Assembly: GCA_027048495.1 (NCBI GenBank)
Contig: JALTWS010000016.1
Location: 1-61,719, forward strand
From: Candidatus Azambacteria bacterium
Lineage (GTDB): Bacteria; Patescibacteriota; Minisyncoccia; GWC2-36-17; M10-OD1-4
Length of the DNA stretch: 61,719 nucleotides
Reading direction: 5' to 3'
Below, in pieces: positions 53,386 to 61,522 of this stretch; position 1 is the first letter of the stretch; each line of letters starts with the position of its first letter. The position numbers and the translations under genes are program-made. The notes under the pieces were generated by a model. The model did no database searches, was not told where the DNA came from, and worked only from the letters and a program-made list of their open reading frames with translations.

Positions 53386-53727
53386 TTATTTTTTAGGATT
53401 TCGTTTTAAGTATTTTTTAACTGGTTTTGTCACACTATTTTGATTAATGTTTTTATTTTTACAATATTTTGTTTTAAACCAATCTATCAACTTTTTTACC
53501 CCCCCTACTTGAATTACACTAAGAACAACAAATTACAATATCTTCTATTTTTAATCCATCTTTCCAATAAAAAGGGCCGTCAAAATTTAAATGTTCTATT
53601 GTGGCGCTATCTTTTCTATTATTTACATCATAAGGATAGATCATTTTTTTATGGCAATAAACACAACTTTTATCTCTAAAAAATAATCTTTTTAATCTTC
53701 TTCTGGGATTCCAAATTTATTAGTCAT
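53386..53727 (-). pseudogene. decayed HNH endonuclease gene
   Basis: The minus strand reads MTNKFGIPEED, then a frameshift, then KRLFFRDKSCVYCHKKMIYPYDVNNRKDSATIEHLNFDGPFYWKDGLKIEDIVICCS, then TAG, then CNSSRG, then a G7 frameshift, then KKLIDWFKTKYCKNKNINQNSVTKPVKKYLKRNPKK. That makes three disrupting lesions. Confidence 0.75.
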
Positions 53728-53739
53728 AATATAAAATAG

Positions 53740-54369
53740 CTAAAGATAATTTTCTAATTCTAAAATATCATGATCATTTAATGGTATTTTCCAAAGCTCA
53801 TTAACTAACCAAAGCCCACTTTTCCTTATTTTTTCTTTTGGAGAGAAATTGCCTAACCAATTTTCAGAAGGTTTACATTCTTCACAAATAGAAACAGTAG
53901 AGATTATTCTTGATTCAAAATATAATCTTTTATTTTTGTCATCTATCTGAAAAACGATAAAAGAAAAATTATCCCGAATATATTTTGTTACTTTCTTTTC
54001 AATTTCTTTCTGCTTATCAAAATCAACAGAGTCAGAATATTGGTCTTTAGCATTTCTTGTTGTTAAATCTAATTCCCATTTTTCAAGGAATGGATCTTTA
54101 TCTTTATTCAATAATGCTCTGCCAATATTTTTCCTGAAAATGCTCCTGTCTTTATTCTCTTTCAAGAAATGCTGAAATAATCTTGAACGAAGTTGGTTTT
54201 GTCCTGTGTGCGTTCCAATTCTTACAATTCTATTAGTTGAATGGGCAAATTCATTTTTTTCAAATAAGATATAAATTCCGTTTTCAGGAATTTCTTGTTT
54301 ATCAAAAGGAAATGTGAATTTTTTCATTCCATTAAACCATTGATGAATTGTATTGCAATTTTTACTCAT
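53740..54369 (-). CDS. GIY-YIG/T5orf172-like nuclease-domain protein
   Basis: NGIYILFEKNEFAHSTNRIVRIGTHTGQNQLRSRLFQHF shows the GIY .. (R)IG .. R spacing, with later FRKNIGRALL and YFESRI. The likely start is ATG 54369, which overlaps the upstream stop (ATGAGTAA). Confidence 0.6.
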   Translation of the reverse strand: MSKNCNTIHQWFNGMKKFTFPFDKQEIPENGIYILFEKNEFAHSTNRIVRIGTHTGQNQLRSRLFQHFLKENKDRSIFRKNIGRALLNKDKDPFLEKWELDLTTRNAKDQYSDSVDFDKQKEIEKKVTKYIRDNFSFIVFQIDDKNKRLYFESRIISTVSICEECKPSENWLGNFSPKEKIRKSGLWLVNELWKIPLNDHDILELENYL

Positions 54370-54781
54370 TTTTAATCCTCTTAGACAGCCATTGAAGTTG
54401 TTTTCCAATGCCTAAACCCAACATTGGAATTTTATAATGTTTAAGATGTGGGAGTAAAAATTTTCTGTAATTATTCCCAGCCAGAAAAATAAATTCATCA
54501 TTTTCAATATCTGTTGATTTTTTCAATTGGTTTAATACAGAATTTGTCCACTCTTTTATTTCGTTGGAACGCATTTTATTGAGAGTTTTATCATAAGGTT
54601 CAATCTCTTTATTCAATCTCAATAAACCATATTTAGCAGAAAGAATGAAAATTTTATCAGGATTTAGAGATTTTGCGTACTGTAGGTTTTTCTTGAAAAG
54701 TGGGCTTACATACAAGTCTTGAGCTTTGGATTTATGATGAAGTTTTTTACTTGTGCACGAAATTAAGACAACTTTTGCCAT
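54362..54781 (-). CDS. DUF6884-like small protein (139 aa)
   Basis: KVVLISCTSKK..AQDLYVSPLFKK..IFILSAKYGLL..IEPYD..L matches my recollection of the DUF6884 pattern. The assignment is tentative and has not been verified by a database search. Confidence 0.5.
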   Translation of the reverse strand: MAKVVLISCTSKKLHHKSKAQDLYVSPLFKKNLQYAKSLNPDKIFILSAKYGLLRLNKEIEPYDKTLNKMRSNEIKEWTNSVLNQLKKSTDIENDEFIFLAGNNYRKFLLPHLKHYKIPMLGLGIGKQLQWLSKRIKNE

Positions 54782-54871
54782 TATACTAATAATGAAATCA
54801 AAATTATTACAGATGACTGAAGTCAGATTTCGACAACTTGGACTTCGGATAAATTAAAATAAGTTATTTTT

Positions 54872-55504
54872 TTAATCCAAATCAGAGTTTTCATTTGCAA
54901 TAGTAAGCACTCTTGAACGCTCATTCCCGGTAATGGTAAATCTAACTCCGTTAATAACTTTATTTGTATTCTGTGCAATATTTTCCATAACCCAGTTTTT
55001 AGCATAAACTTGGTCAGAATTATCATAAGGTATGCTAGCAATGTAGCCTAAAAAATCTTTAGCAACAATATCAGTAGACTTGCCACTATAATTTAAAGCA
55101 GTCGCCTGTACGGTTAATATTTCAGAAGGACCTTCACCCAAAATTTCGACAAGATACATATATTCTGATGTTTCTTCTTTACACTCCCACGATGCTAATC
55201 CGTTGTTAGAGCCCACATTAGGACCAGAACAAGAAAAACCGATATTATTTAAATTACCATAAATATCGACTGCGCTTACGCCTGGTATTGTAGCTATTTT
55301 TTTTAGTTCTTCCTTTACTGGAGTAATCGACTCATTTTTAACTTCCACTTGTTCTTCTTGCTTTTGTGGAGCAGAAGTGTTTTGTTTATTTGATAAATTA
55401 TCATTATCAGTTAATAAACTGATTATGATTAGACCAAGAAAGACAAACAAAATTATTGCCCACCATTTTTTATACCAAGGTTTTTGAATTTTTTCCATTG
55501 TCAT
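54872..55504 (-). CDS. membrane-anchored hypothetical protein
   Basis: The likely start is MTMEKIQKPWYKKWWAIILFVFLGLIIISLL (TM segment), followed by an extracytoplasmic domain with 2 Cys. The ORF is open from 55609 but that stretch overlaps the fba 3' end. Confidence 0.55.
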   Translation of the reverse strand: MTMEKIQKPWYKKWWAIILFVFLGLIIISLLTDNDNLSNKQNTSAPQKQEEQVEVKNESITPVKEELKKIATIPGVSAVDIYGNLNNIGFSCSGPNVGSNNGLASWECKEETSEYMYLVEILGEGPSEILTVQATALNYSGKSTDIVAKDFLGYIASIPYDNSDQVYAKNWVMENIAQNTNKVINGVRFTITGNERSRVLTIANENSDLD

Positions 55505-55584
55505 ATTTTTAAAATTAGTTAATAAGAAACGCCAAAAATCTTTTTTTTCAGAAAGAAATTTTACGTAATTAGCTTTTATGCAAA

Positions 55585-56457
55585 CTAAGCCTTTCCGTTG
55601 CTTCCGCAAATTAGCATTTTCTCTTCCACAACTTTTTGCATTTTCTCTTGCGCAGGAGCTATAAATTTATATGGAGTTATCTCTCCTTCTTCCAGTTTTT
55701 CTTTTATGGCGGAAGAAAAGACTACTCTTAACTCTGTGTTTACGTTTATCTTGCGTATCCCCAACTCAACTGACTTTTTAACATCTTCATCGGGAATACC
55801 CGAAGCGCCATGCAAAACCAAAACACACTTCCCTTTTAAAGTTTCTTGAAGTTCTGAGAGTCTTTGCATATCAAGTTTTGGCATGGCAACTTTTGAGATA
55901 CCATGCATGTTGCCTATTGAAACTCCGAGCCTGTCCACTCCGGTTGTCTCTACAAACTCCAAAGCCTGCTTTGGGTCTGTTAAATATTCGTCTTTTATCT
56001 CTATCTTCTCTTCAAAAACTTTAGAAGACCCTGTTCCGCCAATTTGCCCCAGCTCTCCTTCAACAGATATATCTTCGCTTACTTCCCTGCACATTTTTAC
56101 AGCTTTTTTTGTAAGTTCCAAATTTTCCTCATAGGGCAAAAGTGAACCGTCAAAGTGGATAGAGTTGTAGCCAGCATCAAGATATTGCTTTACTTTTTCT
56201 AATGATTTTGTGTGATCAGCATTTAAAATAACAGGGAGGCCTGTTTTTTTCTCATAAAAGTTTGCCAAAACAACTGCCTGCTCCATTCCTAAAAAACCAG
56301 ATTCTCCTTCTGATGTTCCAAACATTATAGGAGATCTTAATTTTTCTGCCGCTTTTACAACTGCCTTCATCTGATCCGCAGAAGAAACATTAAGCTGTGG
56401 TATTGCATATCTGCCATTTTCTGCTTTTTGAAATATTTTTTTTGTATTTAAATTCAT
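55585..56457 (-). CDS. fba: class II fructose-bisphosphate aldolase
   Basis: IPQLNVSS, NADHTKS, HFDGS, EGELG and VLHGASG. ATG 56457 (MNLNTKK) is preferred over 56487. Confidence 0.9.
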   Translation of the reverse strand: MNLNTKKIFQKAENGRYAIPQLNVSSADQMKAVVKAAEKLRSPIMFGTSEGESGFLGMEQAVVLANFYEKKTGLPVILNADHTKSLEKVKQYLDAGYNSIHFDGSLLPYEENLELTKKAVKMCREVSEDISVEGELGQIGGTGSSKVFEEKIEIKDEYLTDPKQALEFVETTGVDRLGVSIGNMHGISKVAMPKLDMQRLSELQETLKGKCVLVLHGASGIPDEDVKKSVELGIRKINVNTELRVVFSSAIKEKLEEGEITPYKFIAPAQEKMQKVVEEKMLICGSNGKA

Positions 56458-56461
56458 AAAT

Positions 56462-57727
56462 TTAAAAACTAATGTATCCTTTAACAAAATTATCCACTAT
56501 TATTTTTTCCATTTCTTCTTGTCCGCCAACATACTCTGAAAAAATCTTATTCCACATAGCCTCCTGATGATGATAAAGATATTTTATCATTTGTTTTTCC
56601 ATAACAAGAGACATAACCGTGTCTATTAAGTTCATACTGACTAAATTATCAACTCCTGATCTTGTTTTGAAAAAGTCTCCAACAAAATCTAAATCCTTCC
56701 AAAAATCAAGCCCGGATTCAGGAAACCTTTTATTAAAATCTGCAACATTTTTTTCTGCTTTGCTCCAGTGAAGCGCTTCTGGATTTATATGAGGTTCAAA
56801 AAGCCTCCAATCATATTCATCATCTTTTGCAAGATATCTTTGAATTATCATCCAGTTTGCAACCTTATTTTCAGGAAGTCTTTCTTCCAAAACATCTCCT
56901 CTCAAAGACGAAATTACCCTTTCTGCAAAAACTTCTTTTTTCTCTGCAAATTTTTGAAACAAGTTTGAATAAAATGTAACTTCATTCAGATAATGCAAAA
57001 TAAGGCTAAAAAGCCTCATGGTTTCACCATGAACCTTCATTTCAAGCGGAATCACAAAAATAACACCAAGCTCCTTTAAATGAGAGACATTGTGATACTT
57101 TTTTTTCAAAAATTTTTCAGCCGCATCAAGCCATTTTCTGTCAAGAACTTTCAGCTCTATTTCTCTGAATTCAAAATCCTCTGGAGTTAAGTCTATATAC
57201 TGGGAGAAAAATTCATTATTTAGCCATTCTGTGTCTTCCATAAATCTGAGTGCGGCGAAAACTTGGGTCATCTCTTCCTTTTCTAAAAGCTCATCTACAT
57301 CTTTGTATCCTAAAGCTTCCAGAATCTTTTTTGGAGGCTTATTTTTTAAAAACTCTCTTGCTTTTTTAGTTTTTATAAAAAATCCTTCAGGAACATTAGC
57401 GGTCTCCAAAGCAAAGTTTAACAGAACTTTGCAACCTTCATAATCTATGCATCTTGGTTCTTTAAAAATTTTAAATATAAAATCATCATTTTGTCTTATT
57501 TTTTCTATTAAAGCATCATATACTTCAAATTGATATGCATCCCTTCTTACTCCCAGAGTCTTAAGAGACCTTTCTATTAACTGTTCATTTTCTTCTATTA
57601 TTTTTTTAGGAACATCTTTTTTTCCTGTGACATCTTCCATTCTTTCACACACAGAGAAAACGGTGTCTTTGTCTGTTCTTAAAATTCTTGCTATTTTTTT
57701 TATTGCTTCTTCGTTTGTTATCTCCAT
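56462..57727 (-). CDS. conserved-looking hypothetical protein (421 aa) embedded in the sugar-phosphate operon
   Basis: Long uninterrupted ORF tightly packed between the PfkB kinase and fba genes. No family motif is recognised. Confidence 0.6.
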   Translation of the reverse strand: MEITNEEAIKKIARILRTDKDTVFSVCERMEDVTGKKDVPKKIIEENEQLIERSLKTLGVRRDAYQFEVYDALIEKIRQNDDFIFKIFKEPRCIDYEGCKVLLNFALETANVPEGFFIKTKKAREFLKNKPPKKILEALGYKDVDELLEKEEMTQVFAALRFMEDTEWLNNEFFSQYIDLTPEDFEFREIELKVLDRKWLDAAEKFLKKKYHNVSHLKELGVIFVIPLEMKVHGETMRLFSLILHYLNEVTFYSNLFQKFAEKKEVFAERVISSLRGDVLEERLPENKVANWMIIQRYLAKDDEYDWRLFEPHINPEALHWSKAEKNVADFNKRFPESGLDFWKDLDFVGDFFKTRSGVDNLVSMNLIDTVMSLVMEKQMIKYLYHHQEAMWNKIFSEYVGGQEEMEKIIVDNFVKGYISF

Positions 57728-57744
57728 TTTTTTATTCTTTAATT

Positions 57745-58722
57745 TTATTTTTGCTTTATTACTTTTACTTTTTTGTATTTTCCAAAGCTTCCCTTTTTTA
57801 GAATTCCTGTTTTTGCAGAAAAATATTGAATCACAGAAGTTGAGTTTGCAACAGCAAACTGAATTGCTTCTTCTATTGGTTTTCCTCTTGCCAAATATGA
57901 AACAAAACCAGAACCAAAAGCGTCCCCCGCTCCTGTTCTTTCAATAACCGGAGAGTTGGGAGTTGAAGCAGAATATATATACTCACCATCAAACACAGAA
58001 ACCCCGTTTTTGCCCTTTGTCATAACAGCAATATGAGTAACCATTTTGTCCAATTCTCTGAAAATTTTATACTCTTTTTCAAAAGGTATACCAAGCAAGG
58101 CGGAGGCTTCATCTTGGTTTAACACAAGAACATCAACTTTTTTAAAAATCGGCCTTAATTTTCCTATTCCTTCTTTAAGTTCTCTGCTTCCTGGATTTAA
58201 CGCTGTTTTTATACCGTTTTTTTGAGCGTAAGTTAGAATTTTTTTAAGCAAATTTAGATTTCCGGCAAGAGAGGTTATATAAAACCACTTTGTTTTAATT
58301 TTGTCCAAATTTATTTGGCTAAATTTAATATCTGCAGACACTCCCCTTCTTACTAAAATAACTCTTGAGCCGTCGTTTGCAACTATTATAGTTGAATATC
58401 CTGTTTTTGGCTTTTTATCTTTTTGTATTAAAGATGTATCTACTTTTTCTTTTTTTAACTCATGTAAAATCTCTTGCCCTGTTTTATCGCTTCCAATTCT
58501 TGAAATGCAGGAAACTTTAAGCCCCTGCCTTGCAAAAGTAACCGCGGCGTTTGTTGCTCCTCCTCCGGTTGATATAAAAATCTCTTCAATTTCGTTTTTA
58601 GAACCCAAAGGAAAGCAAATTGACTCATGGGTTATTGATTTTTTATCAATTTGTGGCTTAATATTTGCCTTTAAAAAAACATCTCTGGTTGCCGCGCCAA
58701 TTGTCACAACATCATATTTCAT
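57745..58722 (-). CDS. PfkB/ribokinase-family carbohydrate kinase
   Basis: GGGATNAA and ERTGAGDAFGSGF (PfkB signature 2). The protein is 325 aa. Confidence 0.88.
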   Translation of the reverse strand: MKYDVVTIGAATRDVFLKANIKPQIDKKSITHESICFPLGSKNEIEEIFISTGGGATNAAVTFARQGLKVSCISRIGSDKTGQEILHELKKEKVDTSLIQKDKKPKTGYSTIIVANDGSRVILVRRGVSADIKFSQINLDKIKTKWFYITSLAGNLNLLKKILTYAQKNGIKTALNPGSRELKEGIGKLRPIFKKVDVLVLNQDEASALLGIPFEKEYKIFRELDKMVTHIAVMTKGKNGVSVFDGEYIYSASTPNSPVIERTGAGDAFGSGFVSYLARGKPIEEAIQFAVANSTSVIQYFSAKTGILKKGSFGKYKKVKVIKQK

Positions 58723-58724
58723 AA

Positions 58725-59735
58725 TTATTCTGACTTTCTTTTAATAACATTTAAAACTGCTTTTTTTATAGAGCTTACTCCCATACCAAATTTTTCTATT
58801 AGCTCGTCCGGATCGCCAGACTCCCCAAAAGAATCTCTTACTCCAACCATACTGACAGGAACGGGAAAATTCTCTGCCAAAAGTTCGCAGACGGCAGATC
58901 CCATTCCACCTGCTATTTGATGTTCCTCTACTGTTACAATCGCTTTGGTTTTTTTTGCAAGAGAAAGTACAGCCTCTTTATCTATTGGCTTTATAGTATG
59001 AAGGTTCAATACAGAACAAGAAACTCCTTCTTTTTTGTAAAGCTCATCTGCCGCAAGCAAAGCATTATGTGTTAGTGGACCGCAGGATATTATCAAAACA
59101 TCGTCTCCTTCTGCAAGAAGATTTGCCTTTCCAATTTCAAAAGGAGAGTTTTCTGTTGTAAAAACCGGAGTCTTTTCTCTTGCAAATCTTAAATACACTG
59201 GTGTGTTGGTTTTTGCGGCTGCCAAAGTTGCTTTTTCCGCTTCGTTTGCGTCTGCTGGAACGATAACAGTCATATTTGGCTGAACTCTCATAAGAGCAAT
59301 ATCCTCAAGCGCTTGATGAGTAGCTCCGTCAGGGCCAACAGAAACTCCCGCGTGGGCTCCTGCAATTTTTACCGGCAAATCAGACAAAGACACTGTTGTT
59401 CTTATCTGTTCATTGTTTCTTCCGGGGCTAAAAGCCGCATAAGATGTTATAAATGGAATTTTTCCGTAATTTGCAAGTCCAGAAGCTACTGTTGCTAAGT
59501 TTTGTTCAGCAACTCCAAGCTCTATGTATCTTTCTGGAAATTTTTCCAAAAACCAATGTGTCCTTGTTGACTCTGCAAGATCAGCGCATAAAGCAACAAC
59601 CCTTTCGTCTTCCTCCCCTGCTCTTACCAGTCCCTTGCCAAAGCCGTCTCTTGTTGGAAGTTTGTCTAATTTGTCTTTATCAAATAAATTTTCTGATAAT
59701 TTTTGCTCTTGGTTTATCTTCATTTTTTTACTCAT
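58725..59735 (-). CDS. transketolase, C-terminal (pyrimidine-binding) subunit
   Basis: GVAEQN, the expected Pyr and C-terminal domain layout, 336 aa. It overlaps the N-terminal subunit gene by 8 nt. Confidence 0.92.
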   Translation of the reverse strand: MSKKMKINQEQKLSENLFDKDKLDKLPTRDGFGKGLVRAGEEDERVVALCADLAESTRTHWFLEKFPERYIELGVAEQNLATVASGLANYGKIPFITSYAAFSPGRNNEQIRTTVSLSDLPVKIAGAHAGVSVGPDGATHQALEDIALMRVQPNMTVIVPADANEAEKATLAAAKTNTPVYLRFAREKTPVFTTENSPFEIGKANLLAEGDDVLIISCGPLTHNALLAADELYKKEGVSCSVLNLHTIKPIDKEAVLSLAKKTKAIVTVEEHQIAGGMGSAVCELLAENFPVPVSMVGVRDSFGESGDPDELIEKFGMGVSSIKKAVLNVIKRKSE

Positions 59736-60585
59736 GCTCTGAGCGTATCTTTCCGCCCAAAGTTCTTAATTGTTGTAAAAATCTTTCTGCCTCTTCTTTT
59801 TTTGGAGGCTTTCCATGCCAAGCCGGGTCAAACTCAATCTCTTCAATGCCTTTTCCCGGTATTGTATGGGCAATTATAACAGTTGGCTTCTCATAAATTG
59901 CTTTTGCCTGCTCTACTGCATTTACAAACTCTTCTATGTTGTGTCCATCAACTTCCAAAACATGCCAGCCAAATGCTTCATATTTGTCTTTTAAAGGCTC
60001 AAGAGGCATTACATCTTCTGTCATTCCATTTATCTGAATATTGTTTCTGTCTATAACTCCGGTTAAATTTGAAAGCTTGTTTTTTCCAGCAAACATAACA
60101 GATTCCCAAATGTTTCCGGCATCATGCTCTCCATCCGACATTGCGCAATACACTCTTATTTTTTTTCTATCCATTCTTGCGCCATAAGCAATCCCGCAAG
60201 CCTGTCCAAGTCCGGACCCCAAAGGTCCTGAAGTGGTTTCCAAAGCTGGCATTCTTGTTCTTTCAGGATGGCCTTGTAAATTGGATCCATATTTTCTAAG
60301 TGTTTTTAGCTCTTCTTTTGGAAAATACCCTGCGTGAGCCATAGCGGCATACCTTACCGGAACGATATGTCCGTTTGAGAGTATAAGCCTATCTCTTTCT
60401 TCCCATAAGGGATTTTTAGGATCGTGCTTTAGTATATGAAAATAAAATGCGGTAAAAATGTCTGCCATACCCAAAGATCCTGCAGTATGCCCAGATCCTG
60501 CCTCAAGTAACATCTCTATTATTGATTTTCTAATTTCATTTGCCTTCTCTTCCAGTTCTTTTACTTTTTGGTCGTGAATATGCAT
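59728..60585 (-). CDS. transketolase, N-terminal (TPP-binding) subunit
   Basis: GSGHTAGSLG, LSNGH, GPLGSGLGQA and SDGEHDAGN. Confidence 0.92.
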   Translation of the reverse strand: MHIHDQKVKELEEKANEIRKSIIEMLLEAGSGHTAGSLGMADIFTAFYFHILKHDPKNPLWEERDRLILSNGHIVPVRYAAMAHAGYFPKEELKTLRKYGSNLQGHPERTRMPALETTSGPLGSGLGQACGIAYGARMDRKKIRVYCAMSDGEHDAGNIWESVMFAGKNKLSNLTGVIDRNNIQINGMTEDVMPLEPLKDKYEAFGWHVLEVDGHNIEEFVNAVEQAKAIYEKPTVIIAHTIPGKGIEEIEFDPAWHGKPPKKEEAERFLQQLRTLGGKIRSEHE

Positions 60586-60589
60586 ATTT

Positions 60590-61228
60590 TTATAAACTTT
60601 GAAATTTTTTAATAGTTTCTTTTATATTTTCGCTTTTAAAAATTGAACTTCCTATGGCAAGTCTGTCTGCCCCAGCCTTCAGGACCTCCTTTGCAGATTC
60701 AAAATTTATCCCTCCGTCCACTTCTATCTTAACAGAAGGAAATTTTTCCCGCAAAGACAATATTTTGGGGATAACCCTTGCATCAAAAGTCTGCCCGTAA
60801 TATCCTATCTTGTCTATGCTCATAAGCTGAACCGCATCAATTTTGTCTATAAATCCCTCCAAAACCGAAATTTGTGTTTCTATTTTTAAAACCAAGCCAA
60901 CTTCAATGCCGGCAGATTTTACCGTGTCTATTATTTTAAAAATATTATTATGATCTGTTGACTCTTCGTGAACCAATATCCTTTTAACTTTTTTATGCAA
61001 CCAGCTTTCTATCTGATCTTCGGGATTTTGAACCATAAAATGCATCTCAAGATGCAAATCGGTCTTTATTTGGTCCAAATCATCAGGACAAGACCAAGTA
61101 ACTGGAGGAACAAAAACCCCGTCCATGATATCTATTTGAACCCAACCGGCCACTCCGTCCACCTTGTCTAACTTTTCTTGAAGCTCGTCTGAGTCTTTAG
61201 ATATTATTGCTGGCAATATCTCATTCAT
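60590..61228 (-). CDS. rpe: ribulose-phosphate 3-epimerase
   Basis: QIDIMDGVFVP, HFMV, VDGGI. 212-aa TIM-barrel layout. Confidence 0.88.
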   Translation of the reverse strand: MNEILPAIISKDSDELQEKLDKVDGVAGWVQIDIMDGVFVPPVTWSCPDDLDQIKTDLHLEMHFMVQNPEDQIESWLHKKVKRILVHEESTDHNNIFKIIDTVKSAGIEVGLVLKIETQISVLEGFIDKIDAVQLMSIDKIGYYGQTFDARVIPKILSLREKFPSVKIEVDGGINFESAKEVLKAGADRLAIGSSIFKSENIKETIKKFQSL

Positions 61229-61364
61229 ACAAACCTATTTTAACATGTTTTTAAAAAAGAGACAAAAATCTACACAAACCTATCCAAAATATAAATTTTG
61301 AAGTGAATTCACATAAATTCTCTTTCATGCTCCAGTATTTCTTTTTATACCTCCCCCTACATCT

Positions 61365-61458
61365 TCACTCACCCAACTCACGATCGTGAGTTGGGTGAGT
61401 GAGTTTACTTTTTAAATCTTTTACTCACCTAACTCACGATCGTGAGTTAGGTGAGTAA
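61365..61458. repeat. tandem array (2 units, 56 bp period) of the AACTCACGATCGTGAGTT palindrome family (locus 3)
   Basis: Both units are perfect 38-nt palindromes: 61365-61402 TCACTCACCCAACTCACGATCGTGAGTTGGGTGAGTGA and 61421-61458 TTACTCACCTAACTCACGATCGTGAGTTAGGTGAGTAA. Confidence 0.95.
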
Positions 61459-61522
61459 GGAAAAATATTGAGTAATTTTTTTAACTTGTCTTCTGTTTTG
61501 TATAAGTATAATTTTAAAGATT

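Noticed and set aside
53440-53679. 79-aa plus-strand ORF from the track
   Set aside because: It is antisense to the recognisable though disrupted HNH reading frame and is a low-complexity AT-rich translation.
53386-53727. TAG readthrough or recoding to rescue the HNH gene
   Set aside because: Two additional frameshifts disrupt the same gene, so a decayed pseudogene is the simpler explanation.
54823-55041. 72-aa minus-strand ORF from the track
   Set aside because: It lies almost entirely within the 3' part of the longer 54872..55609 ORF in another frame, with no independent signals.
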